Shown in pieces: positions 52,438-62,040 of a DNA stretch of 64,000 bases. Source of the stretch: Actinomycetota bacterium. Its GTDB lineage: Bacteria > Actinomycetota > Actinomycetes > Nanopelagicales > Nanopelagicaceae. Below the pieces are notes generated by a model. That model was not told the DNA's origin, made no database searches, and saw nothing but the letters and a program-made list of their open reading frames with translations. The stretch's first letter is position 1; each line of letters starts with the position of its first letter. Made by a program: the position numbers and the translations under genes. The stretch covers positions 54,558-118,557 of the forward strand of contig WLIT01000002.1 in the NCBI GenBank assembly GCA_009726125.1, read 5' to 3'.

Positions 52438-52890
52438 CTAATCGCCTTCTACCAGAGGAATTCGGTATTGGACTTTTCCTGATTCCAATTCATACGAATC
52501 ATAAAGTTTTCGAGCTGTTTCATTTGTCGCATCGGTATTCCAATACAACCTAGAGGAACCAGCGCCTTCTGCAATCACCCGCACGGCATTGATGAGTGAA
52601 CGTCCAATGCCCCCTCCTCTGAGTGAAGGCTCAACATATAAATCTTCAAGGTAGCAATAATTTACTTCTGCCCAAGTTGAGTTCTGAAACGAGTAATGCG
52701 TCATTCCTTGGATTGCACCGTCAACTTCAGCAACTAGGCAGTACATGTTGAAATCGGGATCCAATAAACGTTGCCAAGTTAGTTCACTCTGCTCATCGCT
52801 TAACTCTGTTTTATAGAACTTGAGGTACCCCTGCCAGAGCGGATCCCACGATGATTTATCACTTGCCGTTAGCGGGCGGATAGATTTCAT
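52438..52890 (-). CDS. GNAT-family N-acetyltransferase
   Basis: The ORF was trimmed to M15. It has the acetyl-CoA motif LRGGGIGRSLI and a C-terminal ARKLYD. Confidence 0.8.
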   Translation of the reverse strand: MKSIRPLTASDKSSWDPLWQGYLKFYKTELSDEQSELTWQRLLDPDFNMYCLVAEVDGAIQGMTHYSFQNSTWAEVNYCYLEDLYVEPSLRGGGIGRSLINAVRVIAEGAGSSRLYWNTDATNETARKLYDSYELESGKVQYRIPLVEGD

Positions 52891-52938
52891 GGCTAGATAA
52901 TAGAAGGGATAAATCACTTCCCCAAGTACCATTATCGA

Positions 52939-53544
52939 ATGTTCGCTTTCATTCCTGGACTTCTTGCCGGTCTCTCGCTAATTATTGCAATTGGTGCCCA
53001 AAACGCATTTGTAATCCGTCAGGGTTTAACCAAGAAGTACGTTTTTCTAACTGTTGCTATTTGTTCAGTCTCAGATGCCTTATTGATTGCCTTAGGTGCG
53101 AGTGGGCTGGGTGCTTTAATCAAATCGAATAATTCTGTACTAGAAATAATTAGATGGTTTGGCGTGTGCTACCTAATTTGGTTTGGAATAAAGAGCGCCC
53201 GATCCGCCCTTAAAGTTCAAGTCTTAACCGCGGTTGGTGAGGCTTCCGGAAATCGCAAAAGCGTAATCACCACTGTCCTCGCCTTAACTTTTCTGAACCC
53301 ACACGTTTACCTAGATACCGTAATTTTACTTGGAAGTATTTCAAACCAATTTGGTGACAATAAATGGTATTTCGCCGCTGGCGCGGCGCTGGGAAGTATT
53401 CTTTGGTTTTCGGTTATTGGCTATGGCGCTAAATCAGCATCTAGGTTCATGTCGAAGTCGATCTTCTGGAAGATACTTGATTCGATAATTGCGGTAATTA
53501 TGTTCTCTATTGCTGCGTTCTTGGCGTTCTACAACTTCAACTAG
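52939..53544 (+). CDS. LysE/ArgO-family basic amino acid exporter
   Basis: 201 aa with about 6 TM segments. The N-terminus reads GLSLIIAIGAQNAFVIRQGL, and FLNPHVYLDTV is present. Confidence 0.87.
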   Translation: MFAFIPGLLAGLSLIIAIGAQNAFVIRQGLTKKYVFLTVAICSVSDALLIALGASGLGALIKSNNSVLEIIRWFGVCYLIWFGIKSARSALKVQVLTAVGEASGNRKSVITTVLALTFLNPHVYLDTVILLGSISNQFGDNKWYFAAGAALGSILWFSVIGYGAKSASRFMSKSIFWKILDSIIAVIMFSIAAFLAFYNFN

Positions 53545-54092
53545 AGTTTTATTCGCCAATACATAATTTGACCTTCGCCGTGTTGTGGGGGAAGTGGAAT
53601 CTGATTCAGAAATTCTCCACCGTTTTTCTTGATGACACTTTGTGATGAAATATTTTCGGGATCTGTTGTGAGGTCTACAAAAGGAAGTCCAACTTTTCTT
53701 GCTTCATCGAGCATTAGCTTTAAAGCCAATGATGCATATCCGTTACGACGCTTATGCGGAAGAATCCAATATCCAATGTGCCCTAAACAAGTTGGAGGAA
53801 GATCGGTCGTTCCGGGGTTCCAACGAAATCCAATTCGTCCGCAGATTTCACCATCCCACATATGTCGAACGATGCTTGGAAGTCTCTTTACGAAAGTTCC
53901 ATCTGGCATCTCAATATCTGCGCCAAGGCCGAGTGGGTCATCTTGTTCTCGAATGAATCTTTCCGGATCGCTGATAGCTTCTTTGTAAAGCTTGTCCACT
54001 TCCATATGCAACATATCTGCATCAGTCATGACTAACTTAATAGCGGTAAGAAAATCTGGGAGATGCTTCTCTTCTAGTCGAATTAACTCCAT
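53541..54092 (-). CDS. GNAT-family acetyltransferase (COG3981-like)
   Basis: 183 aa with IGYWILPHKRRNGYASLALKLML and NISSQSVIKKNGG. Confidence 0.7.
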   Translation of the reverse strand: MELIRLEEKHLPDFLTAIKLVMTDADMLHMEVDKLYKEAISDPERFIREQDDPLGLGADIEMPDGTFVKRLPSIVRHMWDGEICGRIGFRWNPGTTDLPPTCLGHIGYWILPHKRRNGYASLALKLMLDEARKVGLPFVDLTTDPENISSQSVIKKNGGEFLNQIPLPPQHGEGQIMYWRIKL

Positions 54093-54107
54093 AAATACCT
54101 TAAATAC

Positions 54108-55601
54108 TTAGTCGTTCTGTGGGAAGCCTAAGTTAATTCCACCATGGCTTGGATCTAACCAACGGCTAGTAACAACTTTGCCTCGAGTAAAGAAGTGAAC
54201 GCCTTCCGCACCGTGGGCATGGCTATCACCGAATAAAGAGTTCTTCCAACCACCGAAGGAGAAATAAGCCATTGGAACCGGGATCGGAACGTTAATTCCA
54301 ACCATTCCAACTTCAACTTCATTCTGGAATCTACGCCCCGCCCCGCCATCGTTAGTGAAAATTGCTGTTCCGTTTCCATATGGATGGTTATTTACTAGTG
54401 CTAAGGCTTCATCGTAAGTATTAACGCGAAGCACGCTTAGGACTGGTCCAAATATTTCTTCCTTATAGATGGTCATCTCAGGAGTTACATTGTCGAACAG
54501 AGTTGGTCCAAGGAAGAAACCATCTCCGTCAACCTTCACGTTGCGACCATCTTCAACAAGAGTGGCCCCAGCTTTTTCACCTGCTTCGATGTATGAAGCA
54601 ACTTTATCGCGATGAACTTTGGTAACTAATGGGCCCATATCAGAACCTTGGGTTCCGTCACCGGTTTTGATATTTGCCATGCGAGATTTGATTCGTGCAA
54701 CTAGTGCACTTGCAATAGGTTCTACTGCAACGATTGCTGAAATTGCCATGCAACGCTCTCCTGCTGAACCAAAGCCAGCATTGATTGCAGCATCTGCGGC
54801 AAGCTCAAGATCTGCATCTGGAAGTACAACCATATGGTTCTTTGCGCCACCAAGTGCCTGTACTCGCTTACCTGCTTTAGTTCCAGTTTCATAAACATAT
54901 CTAGCAATTGGCGTGGAACCTACAAATGAAACCGATTTGATTCCTGGGTGATTTAGTAACGCGTCTACGGCCTCTTTATCGCCGTGAACAACATTGAATA
55001 CACCGTCTGGCAATCCAGCTTGCTTCCAAAGTTCGGCAAGCAACATCGCCGCGCTTGGATCTTTTTCAGATGGTTTCAAGATAACGCTATTTCCACACGC
55101 GATTGCGATTGGGAAGAACCACATCGGAACCATTGCAGGGAAATTGAAAGGAGAAATGATTGCTACGGGTCCAAGTGGTTGGCGAATTGAATAAACATCT
55201 ACCCCAGTTGAAACCTCTTCTGAAAAACCGCCTTTAAGCAAATGCGGAATTCCACAGGCAAATTCAACTACCTCAAGTCCACGAGTTACTTCACCCGCGG
55301 CATCACTCAAAACTTTTCCATGTTCTGCGGTGATTAACGCCGCAATTTTCTCTTTGTTCTGCAGAACCAATTCGCGAAACGCAAATAAAACTTGGGTGCG
55401 CTTTGTTAGTGAACTATGTCGCCATTCGGTAAAAGCTTCGGTCGCGACATTGACGGCTCGATCAACGGTGGCCGTGCTAGCTAGCGCGACGTTGCCCGAT
55501 ACTTTTCCAGTCGCCGGGTTAAAAACCTCGCTTGTGCGTTCTGGGTTCTGGGTATCAAGGGCGCCATTAATCCAATGTGAAATGAGAGTTATCTGATTCA
55601 T
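54108..55601 (-). CDS. mmsA: CoA-acylating methylmalonate/malonate-semialdehyde dehydrogenase
   Basis: 497 aa with the MmsA/IolA-type motifs FNFPAMVPMWFFPIAIACGNSVILKPSEKDP and GERCMAIS (catalytic Cys). Confidence 0.87.
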   Translation of the reverse strand: MNQITLISHWINGALDTQNPERTSEVFNPATGKVSGNVALASTATVDRAVNVATEAFTEWRHSSLTKRTQVLFAFRELVLQNKEKIAALITAEHGKVLSDAAGEVTRGLEVVEFACGIPHLLKGGFSEEVSTGVDVYSIRQPLGPVAIISPFNFPAMVPMWFFPIAIACGNSVILKPSEKDPSAAMLLAELWKQAGLPDGVFNVVHGDKEAVDALLNHPGIKSVSFVGSTPIARYVYETGTKAGKRVQALGGAKNHMVVLPDADLELAADAAINAGFGSAGERCMAISAIVAVEPIASALVARIKSRMANIKTGDGTQGSDMGPLVTKVHRDKVASYIEAGEKAGATLVEDGRNVKVDGDGFFLGPTLFDNVTPEMTIYKEEIFGPVLSVLRVNTYDEALALVNNHPYGNGTAIFTNDGGAGRRFQNEVEVGMVGINVPIPVPMAYFSFGGWKNSLFGDSHAHGAEGVHFFTRGKVVTSRWLDPSHGGINLGFPQND

Positions 55602-55690
55602 AGTGGCAATGTACGCCAGTCGAATATGATGGCGCCAATTAGATGCGACACATTAAGTGTCCAAAACGTCCAACCGCTAGGGGCTTAGGT

Positions 55691-57034
55691 ATGAGTGCAG
55701 AGAAGAAGACCAACGCGCAAGTCAGCGCCGCTGACCATAAATTTGTATTCCACTCCTGGTCTGCGCAAGGAGCTATCTCCCCTATCCCGGTTGCCAAGAG
55801 TTCGGGTTCAAGATTTTGGGATCACGATGGCAAAGAGTTTTTAGATTTTTCATCTCAGTTAGTTTTCACAAATATCGGTCACCAACATCCAAAGGTTGTA
55901 GCGGCAATTCAGGAACAAGCTGGAACACTGACCGCCCTTGCGCCACAACATGCAAGTGATGTTAGAAATGAAGCCGCGGAAAGAATCGTTGGCGTTGCAG
56001 GTTCAAAATTTGCAAAGGTTTTCTTTACTAATGGTGGCGCTGATGCGATTGAAAATGCAATTCGGATGTCGCGAATACACACTAGGAAGCATAAAGTTCT
56101 TTCTACATATCGTTCGTATCACGGAAATACTGGTTCAGCGATAAATGCAACTGGTGATCCACGCAGATTTCCAAATGAGTTTGCATTTGGTCACGTTCAT
56201 TTCTGGGGTCCCTATCTTTATCGCACACCATTCTGGGCAACTACCGAGGCCGAAGAATGCGCACGTGCGCTGGAGCACTTAGAGCAAACAATAATCTTTG
56301 AAGGTCCAAATACGATTGCCGCAATTTTGCTTGAAACAGTTCCGGGTACCGCGGGCGTTTTAATTCCACCGGCTGGTTATCTTGAAGGTATTCGCGCGCT
56401 ATGCGACAAGTACAAGATCATGTGGATTGCAGATGAAGTAATGGCTGGTTTTGGCCGAACCGGAAAATGGTTTGCCTTCCAAAGCACAATTGTAGTTCCA
56501 GATTTAATCGCATTTGCCAAGGGAGTTACCTCTGGTTACGTACCACTTGGTGGCGTCGTTATAAGCAGCGAAATCTCAAAGACTTTCGATGAAACAGTAT
56601 TCCCTGGTGGACTTACTTATATGGGCCATCCCCTCGCCGCCGCGGCCGCAGTTGCCACAATTGATGTTATGAAGGAAGAGAAGATGTTAGAGAATGCCAC
56701 ATCAATTGGCGCGAAAATATTAGCTCCGGGTCTCGCTGAATTAGCAAAGAAACATAAGGTAATCGGCGATATTCGAGGCGCCGGTGTTTTCTGGGGAATT
56801 GATTTAGTAACCGATCGCAAGACGCACGCACCACTCGCACCATATGGTGGCTCAAGTCCAGCCATGAATGAACTAGTTGCGGCTTGTAAAGCGAATGGCA
56901 TGATGCCATTTACAAACTTCAATCGAATTCATCTCTGCCCTCCTTGCAATATCTCCGAAGCAGATGCCAAGTTGGGGCTTGAAATTCTAGATAAATCACT
57001 AGGTGAAATTGCAAAGTATTACACCGGTGAGTGA
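55691..57034 (+). CDS. Class III (omega) aminotransferase, omega-amino acid:pyruvate type
   Basis: The ORF was trimmed to the ATG (M17). It has FTNGGADAIENAIR, the DEV motif (IADEVMAGFGRTG) and the PLP-lysine region AFAKGVTSGY. It lies divergent from mmsA. Confidence 0.87.
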   Translation: MSAEKKTNAQVSAADHKFVFHSWSAQGAISPIPVAKSSGSRFWDHDGKEFLDFSSQLVFTNIGHQHPKVVAAIQEQAGTLTALAPQHASDVRNEAAERIVGVAGSKFAKVFFTNGGADAIENAIRMSRIHTRKHKVLSTYRSYHGNTGSAINATGDPRRFPNEFAFGHVHFWGPYLYRTPFWATTEAEECARALEHLEQTIIFEGPNTIAAILLETVPGTAGVLIPPAGYLEGIRALCDKYKIMWIADEVMAGFGRTGKWFAFQSTIVVPDLIAFAKGVTSGYVPLGGVVISSEISKTFDETVFPGGLTYMGHPLAAAAAVATIDVMKEEKMLENATSIGAKILAPGLAELAKKHKVIGDIRGAGVFWGIDLVTDRKTHAPLAPYGGSSPAMNELVAACKANGMMPFTNFNRIHLCPPCNISEADAKLGLEILDKSLGEIAKYYTGE

Positions 57035-57056
57035 TTTGAAATGGGGAACGCCAGAT

Positions 57057-57887
57057 ATGGTCTCCCCACTCGCAAGAGTTCTTGTGCGTACGCCAACAAC
57101 TGTTGGAAAATTTGTTGAAGAGGGGTTTTGGCGTCAACCAGATTCGGTTGCGCTAATCAAGGAACACCAATCATTCATTGAGCTTCTCCGATCGTTAGGC
57201 GCAGTTGTTGATGTTGCCGAGAGCATCGATGGTCTTGTCGATTCGGTATATATGCATGATCCAATGCTTATGACACCACACGGAGCGATCTTGCTTCGAA
57301 TGGTTAAGCCAGTTCGAAGTGATGAACCAGCGCATTTTCGTAAGACCCTAGAAGGACTTGGCGTTCCAATTTTGGGCGAATTAAGTTCACCAGGATTTGC
57401 GGATGGTGGAGATAAAGTTTGGTTAGATGAGAAAACACTTCTAATCGGTCACAGTTATCGAACAAATCAAGAAGGTATCAATCAGATTCGTGAATTGTTA
57501 GCACCTTTTGGTGTTGAGGTTCACTCCTTTGACCTACCGCACTACGAAGGTCCCGGCGCTGTTCTACATCTGATGAGCGTTCTATCACCAATCTCTTACG
57601 ATAAAGCTGTTGTTTATGAACCACTTGCTCCTGTCCGGTTATTGGAATTCTTAAAGTCGCGAGGAATTTCTTGGTTCACAGTAAGTGAAAAAGAAATGTT
57701 GACACAAGGTTCTAATATTTTGGCAGTCGCACCTGGCGTTGTTGTTTTGGCTGCAGGAAATCCCGAGATTGAAAATAAATTGCGCAGCGCTGGAATTTCT
57801 GTGCACTTATTCACAGGGGAGAATGTTGCAGTCAAAGGTGATGGCGGACCTACTTGCCTCACCGCACCCCTGTTGCGTATTAAATAG
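57057..57887 (+). CDS. Amidinotransferase/DDAH-superfamily guanidino-group-modifying enzyme
   Basis: About 276 aa with the C-terminal catalytic-Cys motif GDGGPTCLT and LHLMS (His). It resembles dimethylarginine dimethylaminohydrolase and arginine-deiminase-like folds. The alternative start GTG 57027 overlaps the transaminase gene by 8 nt. Confidence 0.72.
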   Translation: MVSPLARVLVRTPTTVGKFVEEGFWRQPDSVALIKEHQSFIELLRSLGAVVDVAESIDGLVDSVYMHDPMLMTPHGAILLRMVKPVRSDEPAHFRKTLEGLGVPILGELSSPGFADGGDKVWLDEKTLLIGHSYRTNQEGINQIRELLAPFGVEVHSFDLPHYEGPGAVLHLMSVLSPISYDKAVVYEPLAPVRLLEFLKSRGISWFTVSEKEMLTQGSNILAVAPGVVVLAAGNPEIENKLRSAGISVHLFTGENVAVKGDGGPTCLTAPLLRIK

Positions 57888-57912
57888 CTCGCAAATATGA
57901 CAAACTGCCGCC

Positions 57913-58527
57913 ATGGCCCAACTTATTTATTACTGCGGAACGATGGATAGCGGAAAATCGACTCTTGCACTTCAGACCGCGCATAACTACGAAAGTCGAG
58001 GTCGTCATGGTTTGGTCTTTACGAATCAAGATCGTGCCGGAACTGGAATCATTTCCTCAAGGTTAGGGCTACAAAGTCCAGCAATCGAAGTCGGTAGCGG
58101 AATGGACATCTATGCCTTTGTTGAAACCCACCAGAAAACAAAAGGCAAATTAGATTATTTAATTTTTGATGAAGCCCAGTTTTACGAGAGCGAACAGATA
58201 GATCAACTTGCACGAATTGTGGACATCTTGGAAGTTGATGTATTCGCATTCGGAATTCTTAGTGATTTTAGAACTTCACTCTTCCCGGGTTCTATGCGTT
58301 TGATTGAATTGGCAGATCGCGTAAATCCACTGCAAGTTGAAGCGTTGTGCTGGTGTGGGCTTCGCGCAACACATAATGCCCGCATCGTCGGCGGTCGCAT
58401 GACTCGCGAAGGTGATCAACTACTTCCAGGAGATACCGCTCCAGATGCCACAGTTTTGTATGAAGTTCTCTGCCGTAAACACCATATGGCAAACATGAGT
58501 TCAAAAGATCACGATAAGAACGGGTAA
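57913..58527 (+). CDS. tdk: Thymidine kinase
   Basis: 204 aa with MAQLIYYCGTMDSGKST (E. coli-type Tdk N-terminus), FDEAQF and the zinc-ribbon cysteines C.CG...C.KH. Confidence 0.92.
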   Translation: MAQLIYYCGTMDSGKSTLALQTAHNYESRGRHGLVFTNQDRAGTGIISSRLGLQSPAIEVGSGMDIYAFVETHQKTKGKLDYLIFDEAQFYESEQIDQLARIVDILEVDVFAFGILSDFRTSLFPGSMRLIELADRVNPLQVEALCWCGLRATHNARIVGGRMTREGDQLLPGDTAPDATVLYEVLCRKHHMANMSSKDHDKNG

Positions 58528-58536
58528 GTTAACGCC

Positions 58537-59355
58537 ATGAGTGATTTATATTCAGATCCAATCGCGACTGCTGTTCTTGCTGCTGCAAAAATTGCAGAGC
58601 TAACTGGAAAACCAAAACATAACGTTGCACTTGTCATGGGCTCTGGCTGGACACCTGCAACCGATGCACTCGGTAAACCAACACATGAATTTGCCGTAAC
58701 CGAAGTTCCCGGATTTCCCGCTCCCACTGTGGTCGGACATGGCGGCCTTATCCGTTCTTATGAAATTGATGGCGCAAATGGAAAATTACAGGCACTGGTC
58801 TTTCTAGGACGTACCCACTTATATGAAGGTAAAGGTCTAGAACCAGTAGTTCACGGCGTGCGGACCGCAGTCAAGGCTGGTTGCAAAGTTGTAGTTCTTA
58901 CAAATGCTTGTGGCGGAATTAATCGAGATTACAAGGTTGGGCAACCCGTTTTAATTCGAGATCACATTTCGATGACTGCGACCAGTCCCTTAATTGGCGC
59001 AGATTTCGTGGACCTAACAGATTTATATAGCAAACGAATCCGCGAACTTGTAAAGCGCGAAGACCCATCACTAGCTGAAGGTGTTTACGTACATTGGCGC
59101 GGGCCAGCATATGAAACTCCTGCCGAGATAAATATGTTGCGAACAGTTGGCGCAGATTTAGTTGGTATGTCTACTGTTCCAGAAGCAATTGCGGCGCACG
59201 CTCTAGGTGCAGAGATTCTAGGAATCTCACTAGTCACAAATGCTGCTGCTGGAGTAACGGGCGAAAAACTTAGCCATACCGAAGTTATGGAAGCTGGAAA
59301 AGCTGCTGCCGGACGTATGGGTGAATTGCTTGCGAAAGTTTTAAAACAGCTGTGA
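58537..59355 (+). CDS. punA: Purine nucleoside phosphorylase (trimeric PNP family)
   Basis: 272 aa with the motifs GSGW, GRTHLYEG, TNACGG and MSTVPE. Confidence 0.92.
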   Translation: MSDLYSDPIATAVLAAAKIAELTGKPKHNVALVMGSGWTPATDALGKPTHEFAVTEVPGFPAPTVVGHGGLIRSYEIDGANGKLQALVFLGRTHLYEGKGLEPVVHGVRTAVKAGCKVVVLTNACGGINRDYKVGQPVLIRDHISMTATSPLIGADFVDLTDLYSKRIRELVKREDPSLAEGVYVHWRGPAYETPAEINMLRTVGADLVGMSTVPEAIAAHALGAEILGISLVTNAAAGVTGEKLSHTEVMEAGKAAAGRMGELLAKVLKQL

Positions 59356-60968
59356 TTGACGAGCAATTCCGATTAGAAATATTGGATTGGATAGCAAAGG
59401 ATCCTGACCTTAAAACGGCAGAGCTCTTAAGCAAATGGTTAGACGATGGCAATGAAATAGAACTTCGAAAATCTTTTAACGGATTCCTAGAATTCGGAAC
59501 AGCAGGTCTACGTGGGCCAGTACGTCCTGGGCCTTCAGGAATGAATCGTGCAGTTGTTGGTCGAACAGCCGCAGGAATTGCTTCCTACCTAACTTCGCGC
59601 GGACTTTCTAAAGTTGTTATTGGACGCGATGCCAGACATGGATCCGCGGAATTCATGGAAGAGAGCGCAGAGATTTTTGCTGGCGCTGGCTTAGAAGTCC
59701 ACTTACTACCCCGAGAATTACCGACTCCGATATTGGCATATGCAGTTAATGAATTGGGTTTTGATTGTGGAGTAATGGTTACCGCAAGCCACAATCCCGC
59801 AATAGATAACGGCTATAAGGTTTATCTTGGAAAGAGCGTAGATGGCATCGAATATCGTGGCAGCCAGATAATTTCACCGGCAGATGCTCAAATTTTTACT
59901 GAGATTATCAAAGTAAAGCTCCCAAGCCCAAGAGGTAGCGCTTGGAGCATGGTTAGCGAAGAGCTAATCAAGCGTTATTTATCAAGTACTGCGAAAGGTG
60001 TGAGCGAAAAAACGCCGCAGAAAATCATTTATACCGCAATGCACGGGGTTGGAACCGAAACGTTGCTATCGCTCTTTGCGAAAGCGAATTTTTCAGAGCC
60101 CATTCTCGTAAGCCAACAAGCAAGGCCAGACCCGGATTTTCCAACTGTTGCATTTCCAAACCCGGAAGAAGCTGGAGCGATGGATTTAGCAATCGCACTT
60201 GCGACGAAAGAGGACGCTGATTTAATTATCGCAAACGATCCTGATGCAGATAGATGCGCTGTTGCCGCAAAAGACCGAGACGGAAGTTGGAGAACACTTC
60301 GTGGCGATGAACTCGGTACGCTTTTCGGGCATTACATTTCCAAGAGCGAAGATGTATCGGGGAAGGTTTTTGCGACAACAATTGTGTCATCTAGCGCACT
60401 TCGCAAAATAGCGGCTAAAAACGGAGTTGGTTGCAGCGAAACCTTGACTGGATTTAAATGGATTTCGAAAGTTCCGAATTTGGCATTTGGGTATGAAGAG
60501 GCAATCGGATATTGCGTAGACCCAGCAAATGTAAATGATAAAGATGGGCTTTCTGCCGCGCTTAAGATTGCGGAAATAAATTCCGAGTTGAAGGCTAAAG
60601 GTGCGAATATCTTGGCGTATTTAGATGAGATCTGGAGTCAAATCGGTTATCACCGAACCCAACAGCTATCTATTCGAGTAAATGATCTTGGAACCATTAA
60701 AAAAATTCTCTCCGATTTAAGTTGCACTCCCCCTAAAACAATCTCAGGACTTTCTGTAACCAAGTTTGAGGATTTGGGTAAGAGCGAATTACCTACTGAG
60801 GGCTTTCGCTTTTACTGCGGCGAAAACGTTCGTGTAATTATCCGCCCAAGTGGGACCGAACCTAAGCTCAAAACCTATATCGAAGTGGTCGGTGAGAAAG
60901 ATTTTGCCGAGGCGAAAGTAGCGGAGATAGTTGCCGAATTTACTAAGTTATTCGCCGGATATAGCTAG
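59352..60968 (+). CDS. Phospho-sugar mutase (alpha-D-phosphohexomutase family; probably phosphopentomutase role)
   Basis: 538 aa with the active site [15 protein letters not shown] and the metal loop DPDADR. It sits directly after the PNP gene as pmmB does in mycobacteria. Confidence 0.87.
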   Translation: MIDEQFRLEILDWIAKDPDLKTAELLSKWLDDGNEIELRKSFNGFLEFGTAGLRGPVRPGPSGMNRAVVGRTAAGIASYLTSRGLSKVVIGRDARHGSAEFMEESAEIFAGAGLEVHLLPRELPTPILAYAVNELGFDCGVMVTASHNPAIDNGYKVYLGKSVDGIEYRGSQIISPADAQIFTEIIKVKLPSPRGSAWSMVSEELIKRYLSSTAKGVSEKTPQKIIYTAMHGVGTETLLSLFAKANFSEPILVSQQARPDPDFPTVAFPNPEEAGAMDLAIALATKEDADLIIANDPDADRCAVAAKDRDGSWRTLRGDELGTLFGHYISKSEDVSGKVFATTIVSSSALRKIAAKNGVGCSETLTGFKWISKVPNLAFGYEEAIGYCVDPANVNDKDGLSAALKIAEINSELKAKGANILAYLDEIWSQIGYHRTQQLSIRVNDLGTIKKILSDLSCTPPKTISGLSVTKFEDLGKSELPTEGFRFYCGENVRVIIRPSGTEPKLKTYIEVVGEKDFAEAKVAEIVAEFTKLFAGYS

Positions 60969-62039
60969 ATAACCTGGCTTAACAATCTCTTCAATAATTG
61001 CGAGTCGCTCTTCAAAGGGAATAAAAGAACTTTTCAGCGCATTAATCGTGACGCGTTGTAGGTCTTGAAAGTTCCAATTAAATGCCTTAACAACTTCCAC
61101 CATCTCATTTGTCATCGATGTACGACTCATTAATCGGTTATCTGTATTAATTGTTACTCGGAAACGTAGCTTTGCTAGAGCCCCAATCGGATGTGAAGCA
61201 ATATTTTTTGCCGCACCGGTCTGTAAATTCGAAGTTGGGCAGAGTTCCAAAGGAATACGACGATCTCGCACATATGCCGATAGCCGACCTAGTTTTGGTT
61301 TTGACCCAGAGAAATCAATATCTTCAATGATGCGCACGCCATGTCCTAAGCGTTCAGCGCCACACATTTGAATTGCCTGCCAGATTGAAGGCAGACCATA
61401 AGCCTCACCAGCATGAATTGTGAAGTGCGCATCCTCTTGCCTTAAATAATTGAAGGTATCTAATTGATTTGTCGGTGGGAAACCATCTTCTGGCCCAGCA
61501 ATATCAAAACCAACTACGCCAAGATCACGATACTTAATGACTTTTTCGGCAATCTCTTGGGCATGAGGATTTTGTCGTAGCGCGCACAACAGGGACTCAA
61601 CCCTGATCGTAAATCCTTCGGCTTTTGCTTCTGCTTCACCGAGTCGATATCCGGCAATTGTCGCTTCAATAACTTCATCTAGCGTTAATCCCTTGCGAGT
61701 AAACAACTCTGGAGCGCCACGTACTTCCGCGTAGACCACACCATCTCTTGCCAAATCAAGTGCACACTCTTTTGCTACACGGGTTATTGCCTCTTTTGTT
61801 TGCATTACAGCAATCGTGTGTTCGAAAGTTTCGATATAGCGAACCAATGAACCAGAGTTACAAGCCTCGTAGAACCAATCACCAAGAGCGTCAGGATCAT
61901 TAGCGGGCAGTTTGTAGGCAATTTCCGCCGCTAATTCAATAATTGTTTGTGGCCTAAGGCCGCCATCTAAGTGGTCATGAATTACCGCTTTCGGCAAGCG
62001 TTTGATTTGTTCTGCCGTTGGAATACTTGTAAGCGTCAT
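60948..62039 (-). CDS. add: Adenosine deaminase
   Basis: 363 aa with [17 protein letters not shown] and TINTDN. Confidence 0.93.
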   Translation of the reverse strand: MTLTSIPTAEQIKRLPKAVIHDHLDGGLRPQTIIELAAEIAYKLPANDPDALGDWFYEACNSGSLVRYIETFEHTIAVMQTKEAITRVAKECALDLARDGVVYAEVRGAPELFTRKGLTLDEVIEATIAGYRLGEAEAKAEGFTIRVESLLCALRQNPHAQEIAEKVIKYRDLGVVGFDIAGPEDGFPPTNQLDTFNYLRQEDAHFTIHAGEAYGLPSIWQAIQMCGAERLGHGVRIIEDIDFSGSKPKLGRLSAYVRDRRIPLELCPTSNLQTGAAKNIASHPIGALAKLRFRVTINTDNRLMSRTSMTNEMVEVVKAFNWNFQDLQRVTINALKSSFIPFEERLAIIEEIVKPGYLAISGE

Positions 62040-62040
62040 C

